Source of the DNA: a virus
Lineage: Duplodnaviria; Caudoviricetes
Virus record (IMG/VR): IMGVR_UViG_3300021256_000095
Coordinates: 1-64,000 of that record
Strand: one strand, 5' to 3'
DNA length: 64,000 nt
The notes under the pieces are model-generated. The model searched no databases and was not told the DNA's origin. It worked only from the letters and a program-made list of their open reading frames with translations. Each line of letters opens with the position of its first letter. The stretch's first letter is position 1. The position numbers and the translations under genes were made by a program. Below are positions 50,806 to 63,100 of this stretch, in pieces.

Positions 50806-50865
50806 CTTGACAAAATTAAAAAATTTTGTTATAATATAAAAAAGAGAAAAAAGGAGAATAAAACA

Positions 50866-51447
50866 ATGAAATTTGAAGATTTACAATTAAAAGATTTTCA
50901 AAAGGAAGAACCAATGTTTAAAACAATTTCTTTTAAGGTTGGAGAAGAAGAAAAAGAAGTTGAAGTTAAACAGTATCTTTCAGTTAATGACAAGATTGAT
51001 TTAGTTCAAATTGCTCTTCAGCAGTCTCAAGAAGATGGAATATATAACGAGATTCTTTTAGATATGTATTTCAATCTTTATCTTGCAGTTTTTTATACCG
51101 ATATAGAATTTGATAAAGAAAAACTTCAAGAAAATACAATGGAGATTTATGATGATTTAAAATCATGTGGTTTGTTAGATATGATTATATCTGCTATACC
51201 TGAAGAAGAGTACCATGATTTATTTGATTTTTTAACTACTCAGCGCGAAGCAAATTTAAATTATAAAAAGACTGCTGCATATTTAATAACAGAACTTTTT
51301 AATAATTTACCTGAACAAATGGAACAGACTGCACAAATTTTAAACACATTTGATCCAGAGAAGTTCCAGGCGGTTAAGAGTTTTGCAGAGGCCGCAAATG
51401 GAAACAGGGATATTCAAACTAATCAGCCTATTGAAGCAGTAAAATAG
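50866..51447 (+). CDS. tail assembly chaperone candidate
   Basis: Directly upstream of the tape measure gene; has its own consensus promoter at about 50808. Confidence 0.6.
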   Translation: MKFEDLQLKDFQKEEPMFKTISFKVGEEEKEVEVKQYLSVNDKIDLVQIALQQSQEDGIYNEILLDMYFNLYLAVFYTDIEFDKEKLQENTMEIYDDLKSCGLLDMIISAIPEEEYHDLFDFLTTQREANLNYKKTAAYLITELFNNLPEQMEQTAQILNTFDPEKFQAVKSFAEAANGNRDIQTNQPIEAVK

Positions 51448-51558
51448 GTCAAATTTAATTAATATTAATGCTCTTATTATTATAGATAATAAGAGCATTT
51501 TTTTATTTTGCGCAAAATAAAAAATCGAAAAAAATTGGAACTAAGGAGGAACAAGGAT

Positions 51559-54500
51559 ATGGCAAGAACAATAGATGCCGGCAAAATCCAATATAGTGTT
51601 GGATTTCAGGTTGATAAGACTGGGTTAAATGAATTAAAAAATCAATTAAACAATTTAATTAATTCTATTCCATCTTCGTCAAAATTATTAAAGATGGATC
51701 CTAGCTTAAAGAATCTTTCTGAAGCTGGCAAGAAAGTACATGATATTCAAAAGAGTATTGTTGAAGTAGAACAAGCTTTTAACAATGCTTTTAATGTTGA
51801 TACAGGTTTAATGAATTTAAAGAAATTAAACACTTCTTTAAAAGATATTGGAATAAATAGATTAGCTCAAAATTTTTCTTATTTTGGTCAACAAGGACAA
51901 CAAGCTTTTTATCAAATAACAAAATCTGCATTAACAACAGAAATGCAATTTAAAAAGACGCATGGTATTCTTGATAAGATGGGACAAACTTTAATGAATA
52001 CATTAAAGTGGCAAATTTCATCAAGTGCAATTAATCGTTTTACAGGCGCTGTTCAACAAGCATATGGATATGTTCAACATTTAGATACATCTTTAAATGA
52101 TATTCGTATAGTTACAGGTAAATCTGCTGATGAGATGGAGCGTTTTGCTCGTACCGCAAATAAAGCTGCAAAAAGTTTAGGAGCTTCTACGACCGAGTAC
52201 ACAGAAGCTGCTTTAATTTACTATCAGCAAGGTTTAAGCGATGAAGAAGCTAATGCTCGTGCTGCAACAACTCTTAAAGCCGCAAACGTTACAGGGCAAT
52301 CTGGTGCAGCTGTATCAGAAGAGTTAACAGCCGTTTGGAATGGTTATAAAGTAAGTGCTGAAGAGACAGAGCTTGCAGTTGATAAATTAGCTGCGGTTGC
52401 CGCAACAACAGCTGCAGACCTTGAAGAATTATCAGTTGGTATGAGTAAAGTTGCATCTGCCGCAAATAACATGGGAGTTGACATGGATCAACTTAATGCT
52501 ATGATTGCGACTATTGTATCTATTACTCGTCAAGCGCCTGAGTCAGTTGGTACTGCATTAAAAACTATTTTTGCACGTATGTCCGACCTTAAGCTTGGAG
52601 ATACTGATGAAGATGGTTTAAAACTTGGTGATGTATCTGGTTCTCTTGAAAAGGTTGGTGTTTCAATACTTGACACTAATGGCGATTTACGTAAGATGGG
52701 TGATGTTATTGAAGAGGTTGCTGGTAAATGGGATACTTGGACCAAGGCTCAACAAGCAGCAGTCGCGCAATCTCTTGCTGGTAAACGTCAATATAATAAC
52801 TTAGTTGCTTTATTTGATAACTGGGATATGTATTCAAATGCATTAAATACTTCTAAAAATGCAATGGGTACATTACAGCATCAACAAGATATATATATGG
52901 AATCTACCGAAGCTCATCTTCAAGTTTTAAAGACTCAATGGGAAGATTTATATGATTCTTTATTAGATACTGATACTATTAATAATCTTATTGATAGTTT
53001 AACAAAAGTTATAAAATTATTTACAGAGTTAATAGACTCTATTGGTGGCGGAAATAATTTATTTTTAATGCTTGGTGCTACTGCGACAAGAGTTTTTAGT
53101 AAACAATTAGGTCAAGGAATTGCTAACTTTGTTACAAATTTAAAGAAAAGTAAAGATAATACAGAACAATTAAAGGCTCAACTTGATACTATTGAGATGT
53201 TTAAAAATAGTTCTGCATATAAAAATAATCCTGCTGTAAAAGCTTTAGTAGATGCTCAAGAAACTGCTTCTCAATATTATAAATTTATGGATAATGAGCA
53301 AATCAATCAAGCGAATATGATGGCTCAACAAATTGGAGATGCTCAGGCTCTTGAAGAACAATGGAAGGAAAGCACAAAAGCTCTTAAAGAATATGGCGAT
53401 GCAGTTCAAAGTGTAAAGGGATCTGCTCAAACTGGTAAGGGGCCTGTTCGTACCAATGATTATGATATAGTTGGAAACTCTCCTTCTGAGAGAAGTAAAG
53501 AGGCAATGGGTCAAAGATTAAGAGACTCAATGTCAGATATAGATAATTTTGAAAAAAGAATAAAAGGTTTACGTTCTAGTTATCAAAATCTTTATAATGA
53601 TGCTGAAAAACTTGATGATGCAATAAATAATAAAGCAAAAATAAAAGAAATAGAGCAAAAAGAACAAAAATGGCTTAAAAGCTTAGATAGTTTAAGAAGA
53701 GGTGGAAAAGGGCTACAAAGTCAATTTGAATTATTAAATAAAACAAAACTTTTTCCAGATTTATCTTCTAGTCAAATAACAAGTATAGAAACTGCTTTTA
53801 GAAAATTTAATAGCGTATTAATGGATGATAATTCTACTTTAGAAGATTTAGATAATGCTATTATTGAATTACAGTCTCAAATTGAAACACTTCCAAAATC
53901 TGCACAAAAAGCAGCAGAATCTTTAATTAAAATATATGAAGCTGGAGATCAGACAGGTAATTTTGGTGTTGAAGAAAGAAAGAAAGAACAAAAAGCATTT
54001 TTAGACAGCGCTGAGATGCAAGCGATGGCGACTTCTATTGTTTCTGTAGTAGGTGGATTAGGTCAATTAGCATCTGGTATAAGCGCAGTAAAAAATCTTG
54101 GCGGTATTTGGAATAATGATGATTTATCTACTGGAGAAAAAATTCTTCAAACTCTTACTAATGTAGGTATGAGTTTACCAATGTTGGTAAGTGGATTCAC
54201 CGCGATTCAAAGTAGTTTTAAAACTTTACAACCATTAGCTACGAAATTATTTGCATCTATTGCAGCTGGTTTGACAGCTGATATTTCTTTAACAACAGTT
54301 TTTAAAGGATTATTAGACACTTTAAAAAATCATCCTATTATTCTTGGAATGGCAGCAATAGCTGGAACTTTTGGAGCAATAACTTATTTTTCTAATAAAT
54401 ATCAAAAAGAACAAGAGCAAGAAGCTAAAGCTGACGAAGAAGCTGCTCAAAAAGCAAGAGAACATACTCAAGCAATAGAAGAGCAAGGTAAACAAATTGA

Positions 54501-57500
54501 TGAAATTATTTCTAAGTATGATGAATTAAATGAAAAAATTAAAAATCAAGAAATTACAACTGAAGGTGCAAGAAATGAAATTTATAATTTATGTAAGCAA
54601 TATGGTTTACAAGATTTAGCATTAAAAGCATTAATAGTTGATTACGAGGATTTGGCGGGAGTTCTTAAAGAAGCAAATGCAGAACAAGCAAAAAGAAAAG
54701 CAGAATCTGCTTCAAATGAGAGAGAATTATCTAGAGTTTCTGCAAAATCTAGTATTTGGAAAAATTTAGGATCAACAGCAAGAGATGATATTTCTTGGGG
54801 TTCTGGAAGAGGAATCGATTTATCAGGAATGCAAACAGGAGGGTTTCTGGGACTTGAAGGAGCTTATAATGAAAATAGAGCACTTTTAAAATCTAATCTT
54901 AAAGATTTAGGAATTAAAATTGATAAAAGTGGACATATTGATGAAGAAGCTCTTATAGATGCTTATGCAAAAAATAGAGAATCTTTATTAAAGCTTCTTG
55001 ACGAATCCAATGCCACTGCAGCAGAAGAATTATTAGACATAATTACTGAAAACAAAAATGTTTTAGAGAATTATAGAGAAGCTTATCAAAATGATTTACA
55101 AGCTCAAGCAGAAAATAGAATTATAAATGGACCTTTAAATGATATTGTTGAGAATATTACTTCAGGACAAGATTTTAACCAAGCTAGAGAAACTTTAATT
55201 ACTGCATTAACTGGATCAGGAGGAATTTTTGATTCTGAAGAAGATGCTCAAGAATTTGTTAATAATTATTTAAATGGGATTGACGAGATTAAAGAGTATG
55301 CTCAGCAAGCAGATTTAATTACTGCATTAAGTGAAAATAGTAGTTTTTCTGAATCTCAAATCAATGATATATTAAAAAATTATTCTGATGCAGAAGTTAA
55401 ATTCTTTTCTCAATATATTGGATTAGCTGAAAAATATAAAGATGATATATCTCAATTTTTCATAAATAATAAAGAAGCTATTGAAAAAATTAGTAAAGAA
55501 GATAGTTTTGTTAAAATAAAAACATTATTTGTAAATTCAGAAGGAAAAGAGTTTAAACCTGAAGATATACAAGAACTATTTTCTGATAAATATTTTTCAA
55601 CTACTTTTAATATTAATCAAAATGATTTTCTTAATCAAACTTTTGAACAACAAGAAGGTCAATTATTAGCTTATTATCTTAAACAAGGTCAACTTGAAAA
55701 TGAATTTCAACAACAGAAAAAACAAGCTAGAATAGATGAATATAATGATCAAGTTGCAGATTTAAATAGGATTGAAGAACAATATAAAGGTATAGTAAAT
55801 AGCATAAAAGAAGATAAAGGTCTTTCAAATGAGTTTTTTACGGATTCATCATATTTTAATACTACTATTCAATCGAGGTCAATATCTGAAGATGATTTAG
55901 ATTTATTATATGAATATATAACTGCAGGGGAAAATGCAAGTAAACAAAGTCAAGATTTTGTTGACTCTTTAACTCAGCAAGAAAAAGCTATAATAAATAA
56001 TAATAAAGATTTTAGAAATAGTATAGAGGCTAATAAAGAATATAGAGAAAGTATAAAAGCATTAGGTCTTGAGAATAAAAAATATCAAGATGTTCTAGAA
56101 GATTTCTCAAAACAAAGAGTAAATTTAACTTCTCTTGGTGAAAGTCTTGAAAAACTTAATATGTCTTGGGCGGAATGGGGAGAAGCAGTTCAAAATGCTT
56201 TAAAAGCAACCAATTCAGGTATAGATAATTTACAATCAGCTTATAGTTCATTAACTTCTATAATGGAAGAGTATAATGAAACTGGTAAATTATCAATAGA
56301 TAATCTTCAAACTTTCTTAAATATGGATACTGCATATTTATCTGCTCTTCAGATTGAAAATGGTCAGATGTCTTTAAATGAAGAAGGTCTTAAACAGATT
56401 GCGCTCGCTCGTTTAGATGAAGCGGAGGCTGAAGCTTATGAACAAGCCATGGCTGAACTTAATGATGAAGCAAGACGAAGAGAAATCGAAGGAACTGGAA
56501 TAGCTGCTCAAAGTCTTGAAATGCTTGGTCAAACCGCTGTAGATGCAGCGAATGCAGCACGAAGTGGAATTAGTGCTTGGCAAGCTTATTGGGCTGCCGC
56601 ACTTAATAATGAAGGTATTGCTAATGATGCTTATGCTCAACAAGTTGGTCAAGCTTTATATACAAAACTTCAAGCTATAGATTCTGTTAGGCAACAAATT
56701 TTATCTGGCGATTTAAGTGGAGCTTTAGGAGGAAGTAGTTCTTCTTCAAGTTCATCATCTCAAGAACCTGAACAAGTTGAATATCTTGAAAGAGAAGTTG
56801 ATTTATATAGAGAAGTTAATGAAGAGCTTGATAATATTGAAAGTAAACTTGGTAGAGTAGAAGAGGTTGAAAGTCATAGTTGGGGTGTAAGTTATCTTGA
56901 TACTCTTCAAAAACAAAATGAACTTCTCGATGAACAACTTGAAAAACTTCAAAAGAAAAAATCTATTCAAGAAGGAGATCTTTCAGCTCGTAGAAAACAG
57001 CTTGAAGATGTAGGTGTTAATTTCTCTGCTGATGGTGCAGTTATGACTAATGCAGAAGCGGTTATAGATAACTACTATGCAAATTATAATGCTATGGTAG
57101 ATAGATATAATGCGATGTCTGTTGATGAACAAGAAGGTTATAAATCTACTCTTGAAGCTGAAGAAGATAAAGTTAAGAAAATTGAAGATGCTGTTAATGA
57201 CTATGAAAGTCTTTATTCAGATTATCAATCTATTCTTGATGAAATTCAAGAAAATTATTTTAAGCAAATTGAAAAAGAAGTTGATGAATTTAATTTTGAA
57301 GTTGATTTACATCTTGAGTTAAGTGATGCTCGAAAAGAATGGAAAGATTTTTGGCATGATGTAATACAAGATATTGAAAGTGATGACTTTGGAGGGCAAA
57401 TTGCAAAAAGTTTATCAAAACTGGGAACATTGATCGGAACCGCTGGTAATAATGCTACTAGCGATGTTTCAGTTTTGACGAATCATTTAAATGACACTAT

Positions 57501-60012
57501 CAATGAAGTTACCACTCAAATTGGTTCTCATGGTCTTGAAGGTTTATTTGGTACTGATACAGCTCTGTCAAAAGAAAATCTTGAAAATTATAGAGATCAA
57601 CTTATGGAAGCATTAAAGTCTGCAAAAGAAGAAATTGAAAATATTTCTGATAATTACCTCAAGATGCTTGATAGTGCAAAAGACCTTATAAAAGAACAAG
57701 TTGATGATTGGAATACTATTGGAGATCAAATCGCGCATAATATTGAGTTAATTAAGTTACTTGATGGCGATACTGCTTATAATCCACTTAATACTCAATA
57801 TGAACAACAATATCAAAATAATTTGAATTTACTTCAAGTTCAAAAAGTTGCTCAAGATAATTTTGCTAATGATATTAAACATTATAAAGAGTTAATGGAT
57901 TCTGTTGAACAAGGTAGTCAACAATGGAAGACTTATGAAGAAGCTTATAATAAATCAGTTACTAATTATAAAGAAGCTGTTAAAGATTTAGATAACACAG
58001 TTGAAAAATCTATTAAAGATATTCAAACTTGGAGAAAAAATAATGTTGATTCTATTATTGATACTCTTGATAAGGCTATGAGCGGCGGACTTGGTACAGA
58101 TTTACTTGAGAAAGAATGGAAACTCATTAATGATTATGCAGATAAGTATTATGACAATGTTGAACGTGCTTACAATATGGAAGATTATACTAATCTGTTA
58201 AATGATGCGGCAAACGCAACAGGCTTAACAGCTGCAAATCAAGCTAAATTAAATGCTTTTAGAGACAAAGAGCTTAAGCAACTTAATGAGAAAGAAAAAC
58301 TTACTCAATATGATATAGATGAATCAAAAGCAAGATTAGAGATTCTTAAACAAGAAATTGCTCTTCAAGATGCTCAGCGTAATAAGAATAATATGCGTTT
58401 AAGAAGAGATAATCAAGGTAATTATGTATATCAATATACGGGTGATGAAGAAGCTATTGATCAAGCTGAAAATGGAGTTTTAACAGCAAAGAAAGCATGG
58501 TATGATTTAGTTAAGAAAAGATATAAAGAAACTTCTGAATATATTATGCAACTTGAAAAAGAAAATGTTGATTTTCATAAGCAACTTGCGGACGCTATGG
58601 CTGCGGGAGATGAGGTCCGCGCAAATAAAATCCGTGAAATGCTTGCAAGAAATCAAGAACAAATTAATTTTGCATATGAGCAAGCTGAAAAGAATAAACG
58701 AGATTTATTTGATGGAACTGCTCAATATTTTGCAAATGTTGAAAATGCCAACATTCTTCCTCAATCAGAAGCTACTGTTAGAACTTTAGTAGATCAATGG
58801 GCGGGAAGCGGTAAAGATAGTTTTATTACTGCTATAAAGACAGCATTTAGTGATTTAGAATCTACTCAAGAAGAATATAATATTAAGACTCAACAAGTAC
58901 TTCAAACCGCAGGAGTTTACTATGAAAGATTAAGAGATAATGGCATTGATCCTGTAAAAGACTCTTTAGAAGATTTAATGGATACTAATGAAGATTTTGG
59001 AAATCAATTAGATGATATTAATGATAAATTAAGAGAAGAGGAAGATGTTCTTAGAGATGTTGAAAATGCTTATAATAGCTTAAAAGATAGTGCGGTTTCC
59101 GCAATTCAAGAAGCTAATAATGCATTAGAGACGTTAGCTCGTACTCATATGCAGATGCAAAATTATGCTAATAATATCCCTGCCGTAGGTAATCGGCCAG
59201 CAATCACTGGTACTAGTACAAGTGAAAAGAGTAATAATGGTGGAGGAAATGATACTACAACAAAAAACCCACTTGATTTATTCCCTGCATATAATCCTAA
59301 TAAACCTTCTGGTATAATAGGGCCTGGAGATAGTGTTCAAATTAATCTTTCTACCGGTCAAATAGTAGCATCTTCTAGTAATGCAAACCCTCAAGATGTT
59401 CAAAGAAGAGTAGATAATGCTTTAAAACAAGCTCTTGAGAATAATAAAGTTAGTAAGCAATTTGGCATAAAAACTGAAAATGGTCATTGGTATATTATGG
59501 GACCATTTGGTATTACTAATTTGAAGCAAATTCTTAAGCAAGACGGACGATTTACTTATGTAGGAGAAGGGGTAAAAGGTTTTTTTGGAAAAACTCCTGT
59601 AACTCTTAAATCCGGAGGATACACCGGCGATTGGTCAGGTCCAGGTGTAGATGGTGTTGGCGGCCGCGCTGCAATCCTTCACCAAAAAGAACTTGTTTTA
59701 AATGAGCAAGATACTTCTAATATGTTAAAAGCTGTTTCTGCATTAAGAGGTTTAAGTTTAAGTAATATTGCTAATTCAATACTTGCCGCAACTCAAATCT
59801 CAGCTGGACTTATTTCTCAGATTAGTGGTTTAGGATTATCTTCTATTGCGGGAAGTACTTCTACAACTGAAAATTATAGAAATATGACTGTTAATGCAGA
59901 CTTTAGTGGAGTAAGAAGTGCAGATCAAATTTATCAAGCTATTATGGAACTTGAAAATTATGGTTTACAAAATTCTTATTCTTCTTCTCCTCTTGCAAAT
60001 AGAAGTTATTAA
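51559..60012 (+). CDS. tape measure protein (about 2817 aa)
   Basis: TP901-type tape measure domain (LNDIRIVTG...VDKLAAVAATTAAD...GTALKTIFAR), long coiled coils, C-terminal SGGYTG...AILHQKELVLN; start after SD AGGAGG. Confidence 0.93.
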   Translation: MARTIDAGKIQYSVGFQVDKTGLNELKNQLNNLINSIPSSSKLLKMDPSLKNLSEAGKKVHDIQKSIVEVEQAFNNAFNVDTGLMNLKKLNTSLKDIGINRLAQNFSYFGQQGQQAFYQITKSALTTEMQFKKTHGILDKMGQTLMNTLKWQISSSAINRFTGAVQQAYGYVQHLDTSLNDIRIVTGKSADEMERFARTANKAAKSLGASTTEYTEAALIYYQQGLSDEEANARAATTLKAANVTGQSGAAVSEELTAVWNGYKVSAEETELAVDKLAAVAATTAADLEELSVGMSKVASAANNMGVDMDQLNAMIATIVSITRQAPESVGTALKTIFARMSDLKLGDTDEDGLKLGDVSGSLEKVGVSILDTNGDLRKMGDVIEEVAGKWDTWTKAQQAAVAQSLAGKRQYNNLVALFDNWDMYSNALNTSKNAMGTLQHQQDIYMESTEAHLQVLKTQWEDLYDSLLDTDTINNLIDSLTKVIKLFTELIDSIGGGNNLFLMLGATATRVFSKQLGQGIANFVTNLKKSKDNTEQLKAQLDTIEMFKNSSAYKNNPAVKALVDAQETASQYYKFMDNEQINQANMMAQQIGDAQALEEQWKESTKALKEYGDAVQSVKGSAQTGKGPVRTNDYDIVGNSPSERSKEAMGQRLRDSMSDIDNFEKRIKGLRSSYQNLYNDAEKLDDAINNKAKIKEIEQKEQKWLKSLDSLRRGGKGLQSQFELLNKTKLFPDLSSSQITSIETAFRKFNSVLMDDNSTLEDLDNAIIELQSQIETLPKSAQKAAESLIKIYEAGDQTGNFGVEERKKEQKAFLDSAEMQAMATSIVSVVGGLGQLASGISAVKNLGGIWNNDDLSTGEKILQTLTNVGMSLPMLVSGFTAIQSSFKTLQPLATKLFASIAAGLTADISLTTVFKGLLDTLKNHPIILGMAAIAGTFGAITYFSNKYQKEQEQEAKADEEAAQKAREHTQAIEEQGKQIDEIISKYDELNEKIKNQEITTEGARNEIYNLCKQYGLQDLALKALIVDYEDLAGVLKEANAEQAKRKAESASNERELSRVSAKSSIWKNLGSTARDDISWGSGRGIDLSGMQTGGFLGLEGAYNENRALLKSNLKDLGIKIDKSGHIDEEALIDAYAKNRESLLKLLDESNATAAEELLDIITENKNVLENYREAYQNDLQAQAENRIINGPLNDIVENITSGQDFNQARETLITALTGSGGIFDSEEDAQEFVNNYLNGIDEIKEYAQQADLITALSENSSFSESQINDILKNYSDAEVKFFSQYIGLAEKYKDDISQFFINNKEAIEKISKEDSFVKIKTLFVNSEGKEFKPEDIQELFSDKYFSTTFNINQNDFLNQTFEQQEGQLLAYYLKQGQLENEFQQQKKQARIDEYNDQVADLNRIEEQYKGIVNSIKEDKGLSNEFFTDSSYFNTTIQSRSISEDDLDLLYEYITAGENASKQSQDFVDSLTQQEKAIINNNKDFRNSIEANKEYRESIKALGLENKKYQDVLEDFSKQRVNLTSLGESLEKLNMSWAEWGEAVQNALKATNSGIDNLQSAYSSLTSIMEEYNETGKLSIDNLQTFLNMDTAYLSALQIENGQMSLNEEGLKQIALARLDEAEAEAYEQAMAELNDEARRREIEGTGIAAQSLEMLGQTAVDAANAARSGISAWQAYWAAALNNEGIANDAYAQQVGQALYTKLQAIDSVRQQILSGDLSGALGGSSSSSSSSSQEPEQVEYLEREVDLYREVNEELDNIESKLGRVEEVESHSWGVSYLDTLQKQNELLDEQLEKLQKKKSIQEGDLSARRKQLEDVGVNFSADGAVMTNAEAVIDNYYANYNAMVDRYNAMSVDEQEGYKSTLEAEEDKVKKIEDAVNDYESLYSDYQSILDEIQENYFKQIEKEVDEFNFEVDLHLELSDARKEWKDFWHDVIQDIESDDFGGQIAKSLSKLGTLIGTAGNNATSDVSVLTNHLNDTINEVTTQIGSHGLEGLFGTDTALSKENLENYRDQLMEALKSAKEEIENISDNYLKMLDSAKDLIKEQVDDWNTIGDQIAHNIELIKLLDGDTAYNPLNTQYEQQYQNNLNLLQVQKVAQDNFANDIKHYKELMDSVEQGSQQWKTYEEAYNKSVTNYKEAVKDLDNTVEKSIKDIQTWRKNNVDSIIDTLDKAMSGGLGTDLLEKEWKLINDYADKYYDNVERAYNMEDYTNLLNDAANATGLTAANQAKLNAFRDKELKQLNEKEKLTQYDIDESKARLEILKQEIALQDAQRNKNNMRLRRDNQGNYVYQYTGDEEAIDQAENGVLTAKKAWYDLVKKRYKETSEYIMQLEKENVDFHKQLADAMAAGDEVRANKIREMLARNQEQINFAYEQAEKNKRDLFDGTAQYFANVENANILPQSEATVRTLVDQWAGSGKDSFITAIKTAFSDLESTQEEYNIKTQQVLQTAGVYYERLRDNGIDPVKDSLEDLMDTNEDFGNQLDDINDKLREEEDVLRDVENAYNSLKDSAVSAIQEANNALETLARTHMQMQNYANNIPAVGNRPAITGTSTSEKSNNGGGNDTTTKNPLDLFPAYNPNKPSGIIGPGDSVQINLSTGQIVASSSNANPQDVQRRVDNALKQALENNKVSKQFGIKTENGHWYIMGPFGITNLKQILKQDGRFTYVGEGVKGFFGKTPVTLKSGGYTGDWSGPGVDGVGGRAAILHQKELVLNEQDTSNMLKAVSALRGLSLSNIANSILAATQISAGLISQISGLGLSSIAGSTSTTENYRNMTVNADFSGVRSADQIYQAIMELENYGLQNSYSSSPLANRSY

Positions 60013-60017
60013 AAATA

Positions 60018-60050
60018 TGGGAGCTACTTTTAGTAGCTCCCTATAATTTT
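60018..60050 (+). terminator. intrinsic terminator after the TMP
   Basis: GGGAGCTAC-TTTTA-GTAGCTCCC followed by a T-run. Confidence 0.75.
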
Positions 60051-60125
60051 TTTGGTCAATTTTAATTAAATATAAATGCAAGTTTTTTATATATTTTATA
60101 AAGAGAAACAAGGAGGTTTGCTAAA

Positions 60126-63100
60126 ATGGCAACACATATTGATAATTCGCAAACTATGTCTGCAACTGACATAAAAAATGCTTTAATCAATACTTTTAAA
60201 CGAAGTGCTGAAAAGTCTGTAAATGAAGCAGCTTATGATAAGACTATTTTAGCAACAATACAGACTTGTACTGATGCTACTATTGGTCAGTATAAAATCA
60301 AATATCAAAATGGTTATTTTACTGCTTATGCACAAGATACTTCAGTAATTTATAATAACCAAGCTTCTGTTTATGTACAAGTTCCAAAAAATGACATGAA
60401 TAATAAGATGTTTATTATTGGACTTGCGACGGATGATACTTCACAGAAAAGTTATATTAATAATCTTGAAGGCGATCAAATTTTTATGAAAGTTAGTCCT
60501 AACTTATTAACAGTTAATGATAATATAGATATGGCTAGCTATTGGAATGCGCCAAATACATATATAAGAGTTCTTTATGATTCAAAGAAAAATTCTGGCA
60601 ATCTAATATCTGTTAATACAAACGTATTAGAATATATGAAAAATAAAGGCGCTACTGCGATTCGTTTTGGAGCAGAGTTTAAAACTAATTTAATAGAAGA
60701 AAGAAAGACTGGAAATTATGGTATTAGATTAAGATTAAAATTTGCAAAACGTAATAGCAATAATGAAATAACAGAAGAATATACAAAAGATTATGAACTT
60801 GATACTTTTAGAATGTCAGGTTCTCCTTTTAATTTTAATGTATATATACCTCAATATCAATATTGGGACGTCCCTTTAGAAGATTTTGAAGGTGTTGAAA
60901 CAATATATGAATTTATGACAGGGTTCCCACAAGGAACTATTCCAAGTGAAAGTTTTAGAGATATTTTTATTAAAAATTTAACTTTGCATTCAGCAATTAA
61001 ACTTTATAACACTAATAATGATAAATATAAAGTTGAAATAATCGCAGAGAGAGGTACAATTTTTGAAACTGATGATAGTGCTAATACAAGTTTAAGTTTA
61101 CTTGGTAATTTAAGAGTTGATGGTAACATTATACCAAATCCCGCATCTCAAGGACTTAAATGCTATTGGGGTAAAGAAGATGTATCTATTAATACTATAA
61201 AGAACCCTCGATATAATGAGCATTTAGGTAAAGGATGGTATTGTTTAAATACTGCTAATAAAAAGAAAAATGATGGTGAAACAGTAGAGCAATTAAAAAA
61301 TCCTGATGTATATACATATCAGGCTGATGAAGTTATTCAGAATGCATCTGATATAAGTGGATGGAATAGTCAGTTCTTAATTAATTTATTAAAGAAAATG
61401 TGTCCAGGTAAAACTACTCGAATTAAATGTGTAATTGTCTATCAAAATGTCCCTTATGAACAGATTATTGAAATAACTAATAAAGGTGGATACTATATAG
61501 TATTAAATACTACTGATAAAGCTACTAATTTTTATAATGGTGCTGGTTTTACTAATATTTTAGCTGGTCTATTTAGAGATAATAATGGTAGTTTGGATGT
61601 TTCAAAAACTCTTCAAGCACATTTTGTATGGAGTGAAATTGACGAAGTTGGATTAGAGAAAAGTCTACCTTTAACTTCTGCGGAAGATATATTATTATCT
61701 TATCCTGAATGGGATGTCTCAAAGGATAATGAAACAAAAACTGATACTGAAGTTGAAAATTACTTAAATACGCACCCTGAGGCAAGTTTATGTAGAGAAA
61801 GATATAATTATTATTTAGATAAATATAGTACATATTTAGCTGATGGCGAAGATATTGATACTTCTATTGAAATGCAAAGAAGTTTAAATAGAGAAGAAAA
61901 TATTATTAATACTAAAATTAATAATATTGAACAAATGTATGTATCTAATAATAAAAATGATGCTGGATATTATATATTTGGACCAAGCGCTGTTACAGGT
62001 AGTTATATTAGCAGTAATGTTGCGGCTGGCGCACAAATAGATTCTTCAACTCAATATTTTTATGGTACTACCCAATATAATACTTATAAAAATGTAAATA
62101 ATACGTTGTATCATTTAAGAATTAAAAATATTGGTAATAGAGCAACTTATAAAGTAACTGCTTTTATTACTGAGAATGGAATTACTCAAGCAATAGAAAC
62201 AAGAGAGATAACGTTAGTAAATACCGTAGCTTCCATGAAATATAATCTTGAAATTGTCAATGGAGACCAAGTATTCATGTATAATGTGGCGGGGCTCGCG
62301 CCAACTATATCTTCAGGCTCTACTACTCCTATTGCTTTAAGACCTTTATATTTTAAACTTTATGGATCTGATGGAGGTTTATTATATGATAGTCAAGATC
62401 CAAATAATGAGTTATTTAAAACTAATATTACTGAATTATCTCCAAAATGGTCTTATAATACTAAATCTTTAATAAAAACAAGTTTTAGTGCAGATAACCC
62501 TATTTGTGAGATTGATTCTAATAATGGAAATATTTTAATTGTTAATGGACAAGCCTTATTCAAATATGACATACAAGAGCAGTTTGATAATACAAAACGA
62601 GATAATAGTAATATACAACTTCAAGTTACATATAATAAAGAACAGATAATTGCTTCAACTCATTTTACTTTTGCTAAACAAGGTGAGTTGGGAACTAATG
62701 GTACTGATATGTATCTTGATATAGACGATAATACATACGAACAGTATAGAAGTGACGTATTATCAAGGTCAGATTATTCAGAATTTAATAACACAAATGG
62801 AAATAATAATACAATAGATTATTTCTATCCTGATCAAAGACATTTGAAAAATACTTATTTATATGCAACAAAAGGATATTCTGCTTCTCAAACTGAGGTT
62901 AATGATATTAACGAGGCTAGATATGTAAATTTAAAATTTGCAAACTCTGGAACAGTAGATGCATCTACAGGAAAAATAAGTCTTCAAGGAAGTGATTCAG
63001 CTACTATTGTTGGATATTGGTATGAAGATGGAAATAGAGAAATTGTTAATGCCGATTCTGAATGGAGTACTGAATTAGACTCTGGATGGATTAAAACGGA